Made by a program: the position numbers and the translations under genes
Origin: a bacterium
GTDB lineage: Bacteria > Patescibacteriota > Minisyncoccia > Phycocordibacterales > Phycocordibacteraceae
Length of the DNA stretch: 64,000 nt
Assembly (NCBI GenBank): GCA_037200965.1
Contig: JBBCGK010000001.1
Location: 896,001-960,000, forward strand
Direction of reading: 5' to 3'
The notes under the pieces: generated by a model
Database searches by the model: none
Seen by the model: only the letters and a program-made list of their open reading frames with translations
What the model was told of the DNA's origin: nothing
Shown here: positions 1 to 8,336 of the stretch, in pieces
How positions within the stretch are numbered: the stretch's first letter is position 1
Layout of the letters: each line of letters starts with the position of its first letter

Positions 1-1852
1 GCTCCCGAGCACGGCGGAGATCGCCGAAGCCTTCACCTTCCACGCGTTCGAGATAGAAGAGGCGAACGGCGATCTCCTCGACGTGAAGGTGCTTCCGAAC
101 CGTGCGGCCGACTGCCTCTCGCACCGCGGGCTTGCGAAGGAACTTTCCGCGATACTCAATCTGTCGCTTAAGAGCGACCCGCTTCGGGAACCGCTTCCTC
201 TTTGGCCCGGAACGGATACGCTCAAAATTACTATCGATGATCCGAAGAAAAGCGCCCGGCAGATGGGCGCATTGGTACGCGGTGTGAAAGTCGGGCCTTC
301 GCCCGTCTGGCTCCGTGAAGCTCTTGAAGCGGTGGGGCAGCGGTCCATCAATAACATAGTTGATGCGACCAACTACGTGACCCTCGACATGGGCCAGCCG
401 CTCCATGCGTTCGACGCGAAAAAGATCGAGTGGCACGACGGCACCCTCTCGATCCGCATCCGGGGAACAGCAGCCGGAGAGAACATCACCGTCCTTACGG
501 GCGAAGATTACGTACTTCCCGAGAACACCACCGTCATCGCGGAAGGGACGGCAGGCACGGTGCTCGACATCGCGGGAATCAAAGGCGGCATGGCATCGGC
601 CATTTCCGAAGACACGACCGATCTCTACGTATCCGTCGCGCACTTCGACCCTGTATCGGTGCGCAAGACCGCCCAGGCCCTGAAGCTTTTTACCGACGCG
701 TCGGCGAGGTTCCAAAATAATCCGTCTCCGGAACTCGCGGCGTACGGGATGCGCGCCGTGCTCGATCTTATAGAACAGGTTGCGGGCGGCGAGCTCGTCG
801 GCGTCGTCGATATCTATCCGAATCCGCAGACGCAACTCCCCGTGCAAGTTTCTCTTGCGCGGATCAACGGCCGTCTCGGTTCTTCCTTTACGCTCGCGGA
901 AGTGAAGAATGCTTTTGACCGACTCGGCCTTGCTTGTATCGAAGCCGGAGAAATGCTCACTGTCACGCCGCCCTTTGAGCGCCGCGATCTCCTGCTCCCC
1001 GAAGACCTCGCGGAGGAGGCGGGGCAGGTCCTCGGATACGACCGGGTGCCCGCGGTCGAGCTTCCGGCACTTCCGGGAGCGCCCGATCAGGCGAGGTTCC
1101 GCGGCATTTCGAGGATCAAGGATATTCTTGCCGAGCATGGCTATACGGAGATAAGCACGCAGAGCTTTACGCCCACGGGCGATGTGTATCTTGCGAATCC
1201 TTTGGACACTACGAAGCCCGTGCTTCGCCCTGGTCTCATCGAAAATATGCAGGACGCGCTCAAGCGCGCCGCGGTTGCGGCTCCGAGGGTGCTGGGGCCT
1301 GCCGACAAGCTGAAACTTTTCGAGATCGGCGCGGTATTTACGAAAGATACCGAGCATCTGTCGCTCGCGCTTGGGTATGCGCAGCTTTCGGGAAAGAAGT
1401 CCGATGCCGTGCTTCCCGGCGCGCTTGATGCGCTCGGTGAACTCCTTGGCGCCATCCCGGAAAGCGCGGTCAAAAGGGAGGACGGTGCTATCGAAGTCGA
1501 TCTCTCGGGCTTCGACCTTGCCGCGCTTGGCAAGGACTATGCACCCCGGCCCGTGGGGCTCGGAACATACCGCCCGTTTTCAATCTATCCGTTCGCGCTT
1601 CGCGATATCGCCGTATGGACGCCGCTTGGAACCGAGCAGGACGAAGTCGAGCAGGCGATATTCAAGGAGGCGGGAAGCGAGCTCGCGCGCCTCGACCTTT
1701 TCGACCGGTTCGAAAAAGACGGGAAGCTCTCCTATGCCTTCCGTCTTGTCTTCGAGGCGTTCGACCGCACGCTCACCGACGTCGAGCTCGTCGAGGCGAT
1801 GGATCGCGTATCAAAAGCGCTTAACGCAAAGGAGGGGTTTTCGGTGCGCTAA
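1..1852 (+). CDS. pheT: phenylalanine--tRNA ligase beta subunit (5' partial, continues upstream of window)
   Basis: Reading frame is open from nt 2; translation matches PheT B3/B4 and C-terminal anticodon-binding region (…DVKVLPNRAADCLSHRGLAREL…). ORF track 83..1852 is the same frame. Confidence 0.85.
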   Translation, partial: LPSTAEIAEAFTFHAFEIEEANGDLLDVKVLPNRAADCLSHRGLAKELSAILNLSLKSDPLREPLPLWPGTDTLKITIDDPKKSARQMGALVRGVKVGPSPVWLREALEAVGQRSINNIVDATNYVTLDMGQPLHAFDAKKIEWHDGTLSIRIRGTAAGENITVLTGEDYVLPENTTVIAEGTAGTVLDIAGIKGGMASAISEDTTDLYVSVAHFDPVSVRKTAQALKLFTDASARFQNNPSPELAAYGMRAVLDLIEQVAGGELVGVVDIYPNPQTQLPVQVSLARINGRLGSSFTLAEVKNAFDRLGLACIEAGEMLTVTPPFERRDLLLPEDLAEEAGQVLGYDRVPAVELPALPGAPDQARFRGISRIKDILAEHGYTEISTQSFTPTGDVYLANPLDTTKPVLRPGLIENMQDALKRAAVAAPRVLGPADKLKLFEIGAVFTKDTEHLSLALGYAQLSGKKSDAVLPGALDALGELLGAIPESAVKREDGAIEVDLSGFDLAALGKDYAPRPVGLGTYRPFSIYPFALRDIAVWTPLGTEQDEVEQAIFKEAGSELARLDLFDRFEKDGKLSYAFRLVFEAFDRTLTDVELVEAMDRVSKALNAKEGFSVR

Positions 1853-1918
1853 TCAGGAAAGACAAAAGCCGCCCGTGAGAGCGAGACGAGCAACCTTTGC
1901 CCGTCGCCTCTCCGGCGG

Positions 1919-2266
1919 CTACGTTTCTTCGGGATAGTAATGAAGCCAGACGAGCACGAGCGCGACGGTGACTTCTTCGACCTCGAACCCGCGGAGCGTG
2001 TTCCTCGGAATCTCGATCAGATCGTTCGGTCCATAAGGCGTTCTGGTTGTTCCGGAAAGCACCCATCCCCGTCCCTCGAGAATTCGATATTCCGAGCATG
2101 GGTTCATAGAACCACATTTCCGGTAGATTCCTGTCCCAAACTTGGCCATCTCCATGATCGAACCGTTGGCATATGGACCGCCGATCTCGCATGCCCAGAA
2201 GACCGCGCCATCCTTAGCGACGAGTGATTGCCACGGCAGCCCGACGAAAATATCTTTCACGTCCAC
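1919..2266 (-). CDS. small cupin-fold protein (two-motif cupin without metal-binding His)
   Basis: ORF 1919..2458 in the six-frame track. Likely GTG start at 2266 preceded by aggag. Cupin-like motifs …NPCSEYRILEGRGWVLSG… and …YGPNDLIEIPRNTLRGFE…. Confidence 0.35.
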   Translation of the reverse strand: MDVKDIFVGLPWQSLVAKDGAVFWACEIGGPYANGSIMEMAKFGTGIYRKCGSMNPCSEYRILEGRGWVLSGTTRTPYGPNDLIEIPRNTLRGFEVEEVTVALVLVWLHYYPEET

Positions 2267-2291
2267 GGATAGAACTCCTCGCCTTTTTGGA

Positions 2292-2487
2292 TTATTGCCG
2301 GATTTCGGAAGCGCGGCTCCGGCGAAGTTCCGCCTTGAGGCGTTTGATCCGTCTCCGGTCGGTTTCATCGAGCCGCCGTATTGCCACGACCCGAGGGACA
2401 TCCGCGGGGATATCGCCCCGCTCGTATGCTGCCGTGACGAGTTGTTCGATGTCGTCATTAAGCCGCGAGCGCGGCGTACCCTTTTTC
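2292..2487 (-). CDS. small basic hypothetical protein (65 aa)
   Basis: ATG at 2487 (minus) with aggaga Shine-Dalgarno sequence 7 nt upstream, inside ORF 2292..2552. Immediately upstream of the cupin gene, forming a possible 2-gene operon divergent from gyrB. Confidence 0.35.
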
Positions 2488-2628
2488 ATTGATATTCTCC
2501 TGTTGGGTTCAAAGCCTATCTTAGACATTACCTGTTTATATACATAAGTCAAGTGTTACGGAAGCGGCGGAACAAACATTTTACCTACAAACAAGTCTTC
2601 ACTTCGTGATACAATAAGCCTAAGAATC

Positions 2629-4683
2629 ATGGCGAAGGCAGAGGCAAAAACACCCGCAAAAGCGAAGGCGTACGATGCGTCGGCCATTACCGTGCTCGAG
2701 GGCCTCGAGCCGGTCCGGAAGCGCCCGGGAATGTACATCGGGACCACGGGTCCCGACGGCCTCCACCACCTCATCTGGGAGATTTTCGACAACTCCCGCG
2801 ACGAGGCCATGGGCGGGCACGCGAACGACATCGAAGTCGCTCTTCTTCCGGACGGCTATGTGCGCGTAGCGGACAACGGACGCGGCATCCCGGTAGGGAT
2901 ACACCCAAAGACGAAGGTCTCGGCGCTTGAAACCATCATGACGACGCTCCATGCCGGAGGAAAGTTCGGCGGGGACGACAGCGGGTACAAGGTCTCGGGC
3001 GGGCTTCACGGCGTGGGCGCCTCCGTCGTAAACGCGCTTTCGGTGCATACGATGGCAACCGTGCACCAGGACGGCGGTATCCACATGCAGGAGTACGCGA
3101 TCGGAAAGCCCAAGGGGAAGGTAAAGCAAATCGGGAAGACCAAGGAGCGCGGCACGATCATCAAATTCAAGGCCGACGATACGATATTCAAGGACGGCAT
3201 CAACTGGAACTGGGACAAGATCGTCGCGCACCTGCGCCAGCAGGCATATCTCGTGAAGGCGGTGCGCATCTCGATCATCGACGCGCGCGGGGCGGGGAAG
3301 ATCGACGACGAAAGCGTCTTCTATCTCCGGGATCTCAAGCTCGAAGTTCCGTCGATGTCCTTCTATTTCGAGGGAGGCCTTAAGTCGCTCGTCGCTTTCT
3401 ATAACAAGCACCAGAAGCCGGTGCATCCTCATATTTTCTACGCAGAGCACGAAGCGGACGGGGTCGCGGTCGAAGTCGCGCTCCAGTACGTCGACGACAT
3501 CACCCCGCGGCTTACCGCATTCGCGAACAATACGTACAACGCCGAAGGCGGTACGCACGTGACGGGCTTTAAGACCGCGCTTACGCGTACCCTCAACTCA
3601 TACGGCCGCACCGCGGGCATTCTCAAGGAAAGCGAGGAGAACTTCACGGGCGACGATGCGCTTGAAGGAATCACGGCAGTGATTTCGGTGAAGCTGCCGG
3701 AAATCCAGTTCGAGGGTCAGACGAAGGGCAAGCTCGGCTCGGTCGAGGCGCAGGGCGCGGTCGCAAGCGTATTCGGCTCCGCTTTTTCAACCTATCTTGA
3801 AGAGAATCCCGACGACGGGCGGGCGATCGTAAACAAGGTGCTGCTGGCACTCAAGGCCCGCAAGGCCGCGAAAGCCGCCAAAGACTCGGTGCTCCGCAAA
3901 GGCGCGCTTGAAGGCATGACGCTTCCGGGGAAGCTCTCGGACTGCCAGGTGAAGGACCCGGCGGAAGCCGAGCTCTTCATCGTCGAGGGAGATTCGGCAG
4001 GCGGCTCGGCGAAGATGGGCAGGGACCGCAGGACCCAGGCGATCCTCCCGCTTCGCGGCAAGATCCTCAACGTCGAGCGCCGCATCGACCGCATGCTCGA
4101 GTCGGACTCCATCCGCTCCATCGTCATCGCGCTTGGTGCCGCGATCGGCGACGTGTTCGACCTTTCGAAGCTCCGCTACCACAAGATCATCGTCGCGACC
4201 GATGCGGACGTCGACGGCGCCCATATCCGCACGCTCCTCCTCACTCTCTTTTATCGCCATTTCCGTCCGGTGATCGACGGCGGCTTCATCTACATCGCCC
4301 AGCCCCCGCTTTATAAGATCAAGAGGGGAAAGGAAGTATTTTATGCGTATTCGGACGAGGAAAAGAATAAGATTCTCGGGAAGGATGCCGCGCTCGCGGA
4401 AGAAATACAGGACGTAAGCGGAGAGGAGGACAGCGCGGGAGAGGAGGCAAGTGCTAAGAGGACCCCGAAGATTTCCATACAGCGCTATAAGGGCCTTGGC
4501 GAAATGAATCCCGAGGAGCTCAAAGAAACGACGATGGATGCCGGGAAGCGGGTCCTCAAGCAGGTCATGGTCGAGGACGCGCAGGAAGCGGACCGCATCT
4601 TCGATATTCTTATGGGCAAGGACGTTGCGAGCCGTAAGTCCTTCATACAGTCGAACGCGAAGCTCGCGAATCTGGATATATAA
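2629..4683 (+). CDS. gyrB: DNA gyrase subunit B
   Basis: 684 aa with GHKL ATPase, TOPRIM and GyrB C-terminal motifs (…GLHHLIWEIFDNSRDEAMGGHA…, …EGDSAGGSAK…, …PLRGKILNVE…). Confidence 0.96.
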   Translation: MAKAEAKTPAKAKAYDASAITVLEGLEPVRKRPGMYIGTTGPDGLHHLIWEIFDNSRDEAMGGHANDIEVALLPDGYVRVADNGRGIPVGIHPKTKVSALETIMTTLHAGGKFGGDDSGYKVSGGLHGVGASVVNALSVHTMATVHQDGGIHMQEYAIGKPKGKVKQIGKTKERGTIIKFKADDTIFKDGINWNWDKIVAHLRQQAYLVKAVRISIIDARGAGKIDDESVFYLRDLKLEVPSMSFYFEGGLKSLVAFYNKHQKPVHPHIFYAEHEADGVAVEVALQYVDDITPRLTAFANNTYNAEGGTHVTGFKTALTRTLNSYGRTAGILKESEENFTGDDALEGITAVISVKLPEIQFEGQTKGKLGSVEAQGAVASVFGSAFSTYLEENPDDGRAIVNKVLLALKARKAAKAAKDSVLRKGALEGMTLPGKLSDCQVKDPAEAELFIVEGDSAGGSAKMGRDRRTQAILPLRGKILNVERRIDRMLESDSIRSIVIALGAAIGDVFDLSKLRYHKIIVATDADVDGAHIRTLLLTLFYRHFRPVIDGGFIYIAQPPLYKIKRGKEVFYAYSDEEKNKILGKDAALAEEIQDVSGEEDSAGEEASAKRTPKISIQRYKGLGEMNPEELKETTMDAGKRVLKQVMVEDAQEADRIFDILMGKDVASRKSFIQSNAKLANLDI

Positions 4684-4687
4684 AGAC

Positions 4688-4715
4688 AAATGCCGGGCGT
4701 TGCCACCCGGCATTT
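4688..4715. terminator. bidirectional hairpin between convergent gyrB and 4733..5269 gene
   Basis: Perfect 10-bp inverted repeat aaatgccggg / cccggcattt with an 8-nt loop. A U-rich tract follows on the minus strand. Confidence 0.5.
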
Positions 4716-4732
4716 AACTCCCCGCTTTGAAC

Positions 4733-5269
4733 CTAGAGACTGAGGAAGATCTCCTTGCTCAGGCGAATGAGTTCCGCGTCCGGTTGCCGAAGCGTGTTTC
4801 TGTAAAATGCGGTAAGTTCTTCCCGGGTGAGATTTCGTCCCGGAGAACGACGTGTCAGCGCATTCGCGCACTGCCAACCGTCTTTTGGGTGCACGCCATT
4901 TCCCTCGTGACAGAAAAGGATCACGCTTTCAAGTGCCCATTTCGAGAGCTCGAAATACGTTCCAATTCCCGCGATTCGCGCAGCGGCGCACCTTGCTCCC
5001 GGACGAAAGTGTTGCTGAGCATATCCAGACCATTCGGTGAGGTTCCTGCCAATGACGGAGTCGATGTCGGGGGGATCGAATTTGTTTATGTTCCCGAATA
5101 CAAGCATTGCCCGAATGCATTCCTCCATGACGTGTGCCCATATGTCCGTTCCGGGCTCTTCTGGACCGACGCTGGTGAGGAAATCTTCAAGAGCAGTTTT
5201 CTGTTCCGGCCATGTATGTTCGGCGCGGAAATACTCCAGCAAAGCGGACGCATTTTTGCAGTCAGACAT
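4733..5269 (-). CDS. hypothetical protein (178 aa; possible DinB/YfiT-like helical-bundle fold, weak)
   Basis: ORF with ggagag Shine-Dalgarno sequence 7 nt upstream of the ATG at 5269. No confident family assignment. Confidence 0.5.
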   Translation of the reverse strand: MSDCKNASALLEYFRAEHTWPEQKTALEDFLTSVGPEEPGTDIWAHVMEECIRAMLVFGNINKFDPPDIDSVIGRNLTEWSGYAQQHFRPGARCAAARIAGIGTYFELSKWALESVILFCHEGNGVHPKDGWQCANALTRRSPGRNLTREELTAFYRNTLRQPDAELIRLSKEIFLSL

Positions 5270-5344
5270 TTTCTCTCTCCGTGCGTTGGGTTGTCAGGAT
5301 ATTGATGGAACCAGATAACTATTTGCATCGTACATTCGGCAACC

Positions 5345-5387
5345 GGGAAAAACAAGAGAACCGCCCGCAATCCTTGCTTGCGGGCGG
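5345..5387 (-). terminator. rho-independent terminator of the CARDB gene
   Basis: Stem ccgcccgcaa / ttgcgggcgg with a 7-nt loop. On the minus strand it is followed by uucucuuguuuuucc. Confidence 0.55.
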
Positions 5388-5405
5388 CGCCTTTCTTGTG
5401 AAATC

Positions 5406-6200
5406 TTAATCTCTGATCTCAATCGAAGCCGAAGCGTAGTTATTGCTTTCGTCGGACTCGCTCACGTCCTTGTCGGGGTCGAGCGTGACCGAGAAGCTCT
5501 GGTCGCCGGTCTTCGCTTCGCCATCGTCGAGATGGAGCATGAAGTCGATATGGTCGCCGGGATTGAGGGAAACCTGGGTAGGGGAGCTGAAGGTATAGCT
5601 CTGCTTGGTCGGGAGCTTGGCTTCGAAGTCCCAGGTGCCGGAGACATTCGTGCCGCGGTTAACGACCGAGAACTTGACCGCGAAGCGGCGGTTATCCGGA
5701 ACGCTCGAACTCAGGACGAACGCCGCGTCGCTGCTGTCGTTACTGGGAAGGTAGCCGACGACGAGATTCGTGACCGTGAGGTCAGGGAGGCCTGTGAACG
5801 AGCCGCTGCGGACCGCGGTGCCCGTGCCCGGTATTACGTATGCGTTATTCGCAGGCGCGCCCGCGGACGGGGTCGGCGCGACGGTCGCCGTAACCGAAGA
5901 GGTCGTCGTGGTCGTTGCGGGGATCACGACCGTGGTATTTACGGTCGTGGTGCTTGCAGCAGGGGTTCCAAACGGAACGACGGTGCCGGAGTTCACGACC
6001 TCAAGCGTGCTTTCCTTGGCGGGAACGAATACGGAAGAGAGCGAAACGGCCGCCTGGCCGATGCCGGAAATCGCGGCAGGGATATAGCGCGCCGTATAGA
6101 CGGCGAGCGTCATGCCGATAAAGAGAAGCGCGATGAAGCCGACGACGGCGAGGGCCCGAATGGCCGCCTGGCGGTTGTGGATCTGGGTTTCAGTATTCAT
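5406..6200 (-). CDS. membrane-anchored surface protein with C-terminal CARDB domain
   Basis: Most plausible start is M63 of ORF 5406..6386 (MNTETQIHNRQAAIRALAVVGFIALLFIGMTLAVY…; the N-terminal stretch is a TM helix). A Thr/Ala-rich linker is followed by a CARDB-like region PDLTVTNLVVGYLPS…FAVKFSVVNRGTNVSGTW…LDPDKDVSESDESNN. Confidence 0.6.
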   Translation of the reverse strand: MNTETQIHNRQAAIRALAVVGFIALLFIGMTLAVYTARYIPAAISGIGQAAVSLSSVFVPAKESTLEVVNSGTVVPFGTPAASTTTVNTTVVIPATTTTTSSVTATVAPTPSAGAPANNAYVIPGTGTAVRSGSFTGLPDLTVTNLVVGYLPSNDSSDAAFVLSSSVPDNRRFAVKFSVVNRGTNVSGTWDFEAKLPTKQSYTFSSPTQVSLNPGDHIDFMLHLDDGEAKTGDQSFSVTLDPDKDVSESDESNNYASASIEIRD

Positions 6201-6286
6201 AGGGATATGGATATATCTAACATGGCCCATTTTATTTGTCAATAGCCTCTTGTCAAGTTTTGTTCTTTGGGGCCTTATGCGACCTC

Positions 6287-6316
6287 TTGACAGGATCATT
6301 CTTATAGTGTAAATAT
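6287..6316 (+). promoter_or_regulatory. sigma70-like promoter candidate for the sortase gene
   Basis: TTGACA at 6287-6292, a 17-nt spacer, then tgtAAATA at 6308-6315. ATG at 6329 with essentially no leader. Confidence 0.25.
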
Positions 6317-6328
6317 GAGCAAGACTAT

Positions 6329-7012
6329 ATGAACGCAGTCGATAACGCAGTGCGGCTCGCGAGGGCCGCCAAAAGGGCGTACGCACGAAAGTGGGCCTTC
6401 GGAGGCCTGACTTTTATTGCATTCCTTCTTTCCGTTACGACGCTTGCGCATCTTGACCTCTTGCCTGAAGCGGCCGCGCCGCAGACGGCATCCGCCGGAT
6501 CGGCGCCCGCAGTCGCCATGGATGTTTCGGGCGTTGTTTCCGCTCCGACTATACCGCAGTCCGCTGAGCTTCCCGTGAAGATCGAGGTGCCGTCGATCAG
6601 GCTGTCCGCGAAGATCGCGAATCCGTCTTCGACCGATATCGAAACGCTCGACCATGCGCTTCTTGGCGGAGCGGTCAGGTACCCGACGTCGGCGAAGCTT
6701 GGCGAAGCCGGGAACGTGATACTCTTCGGCCACTCAAGCTATCTGCCGGTCGTGAGCAACCAGGCGTTCAAGACGTTCGACGGCATACAGAACCTTGAGA
6801 AAGGAGACCGCATCATCGTATCTTCAGGCACGAGGGCGTACGCCTATGCGGTAGCAGGCGTGTCGAAGCAGAGCGCGGCATCCGACGCCGGAATCGCCCT
6901 GACCTCGACCGGCCATACGCTTACGCTCGCCACGTGCGACTCGTTCGGAGAAAAGACCGACCGGTTCGTCGTGACCGCAGAACTTGTCGAGAGCTATCCG
7001 CTCGTCCCCTAG
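6329..7012 (+). CDS. sortase (class E/F-like transpeptidase) with N-terminal TM anchor
   Basis: Catalytic triad context: …NVILFGHSSYLP… (His), …GHTLTLATCDSFG… (TLxTC Cys), …TDRFVVTAEL (Arg). Confidence 0.8.
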   Translation: MNAVDNAVRLARAAKRAYARKWAFGGLTFIAFLLSVTTLAHLDLLPEAAAPQTASAGSAPAVAMDVSGVVSAPTIPQSAELPVKIEVPSIRLSAKIANPSSTDIETLDHALLGGAVRYPTSAKLGEAGNVILFGHSSYLPVVSNQAFKTFDGIQNLEKGDRIIVSSGTRAYAYAVAGVSKQSAASDAGIALTSTGHTLTLATCDSFGEKTDRFVVTAELVESYPLVP

Positions 7013-7141
7013 GGGGCGGCCGGATAGCTCTCTGCAAACTTTCCGCAAGGGAAGCGCAGAGGCGAAGAAATTCGTTCTTTGTAACCGTGAGTCAGTAATA
7101 ACCCTAGAGCCGCGTGAGCGCGGCAGATCGGAGAACAGGCG

Positions 7142-8233
7142 ATGCGTAGAATTCTCATCGCCGGTGTCGTGCTCGCCCTCTTGGCGATTATCGGCATCGG
7201 TCTCTACAACTTCTTCTCGGCGAGTTCGGCCTCTCCGGCGAAGTCGCCGGTGTGCGCTGTGACGCTTAGCGAGCGTCACAGCATGGGATGGAAATATCCT
7301 GGCGCTGACCCGTTGGTCGAGCGCAAGGGAACCCATTCCGAGCGGCTTGCGAAGGCTCGCACCTTTGACCGTTGTTCGATGGAGCGCGCCGGAATCCCTG
7401 CGAAGGTGATCGACGCGTTCCTGAAGGCAATGGCGAAGCCTGGCGTGCATAAGTCCATCAAGGACGGCGTGCGCTACGATTTCGTCTCAAGCCGCGGCCC
7501 TACAGTCACGAAGAATGTCACGACGCGGTTCGGCCGCGGCGTTCCTCTCAAAAGTGAGAAGCGCTCCGCTACCGAATATGTCGTGGTCGTCGACGGGGTA
7601 ACCTGGATCGCCGACCGTTTTGACTGGTGCATGAATCTCGGCGTGCGCCATGTGCGCAAGCCGAAGAAGCATCATCCGCCGAAGCGTCACCAGCCCCCTC
7701 CGCCCGTAAAGGTCACGGAAGAGCGCTGCTACCGCATGCCGTACGACTATCGGACGACGACGGGCGAAAACGGGAAACCTCTTCCCGCGATCGACGTCTC
7801 GGACGGCTTCGTGCATCATCAGATCTACGTCAAGGATCTGACGAGCGAGGTTATGGCCGAGCTCATCAGCGATCCGTGCACGTACATGCACGACGAAACC
7901 GGCGACTACCGGCTCGAGCTCGGCTGCGACTGCGCCCGCGGCGGCTATCCGTCGCCCGAAGTGGCCGAGAGGAACGATCTCCCGGCGCAAAGGCCCGAAG
8001 CGGTGGCGCACGTGAAAGGGAGGGGCTTGGTCGGCTACTACTCGTATCCGATCGACTTCAACCGCTCCACGCTCTACTGCGTGCGGACCAACGGGTACCA
8101 TCTCGAGACCCGGGGGTTCGAAGCGTTCATGGCGTTCTCGCGTTTTGAGATCGTGTCCAGGACCGCGGTGGCTGAAACCCGGCAGGCGGGCCAGCTCAGC
8201 TGGGCCGTCACCGGTTCCGGAAAGACCCTCTGA
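7142..8233 (+). CDS. Cys-rich membrane-anchored hypothetical protein (363 aa)
   Basis: ggaga Shine-Dalgarno sequence 7 nt upstream. N-terminal TM helix MRRILIAGVVLALLAIIGIGLY. Two Cys-rich domains separated by a basic/Pro linker KPKKHHPPKRHQPPPP. No family recognised. Confidence 0.5.
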   Translation: MRRILIAGVVLALLAIIGIGLYNFFSASSASPAKSPVCAVTLSERHSMGWKYPGADPLVERKGTHSERLAKARTFDRCSMERAGIPAKVIDAFLKAMAKPGVHKSIKDGVRYDFVSSRGPTVTKNVTTRFGRGVPLKSEKRSATEYVVVVDGVTWIADRFDWCMNLGVRHVRKPKKHHPPKRHQPPPPVKVTEERCYRMPYDYRTTTGENGKPLPAIDVSDGFVHHQIYVKDLTSEVMAELISDPCTYMHDETGDYRLELGCDCARGGYPSPEVAERNDLPAQRPEAVAHVKGRGLVGYYSYPIDFNRSTLYCVRTNGYHLETRGFEAFMAFSRFEIVSRTAVAETRQAGQLSWAVTGSGKTL

Positions 8234-8336
8234 CCCAAAGCCGTACGCTTGACAACAAGGCGACGGCAGTGTAATCTTTTGAGAGCGGGGAATCGTGCCA
8301 CGGCACATCCCCGCCCTCTTTGTACGGGAATCAATC

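Noticed and set aside
8285-8314. Nested inverted repeat (gcgggg…ccccgc around gtgcc/ggcac) upstream of the adhesin gene as a terminator or riboswitch
   Set aside because: No U-tract or recognisable riboswitch motif. It may simply be leader secondary structure, so it is noted only here.
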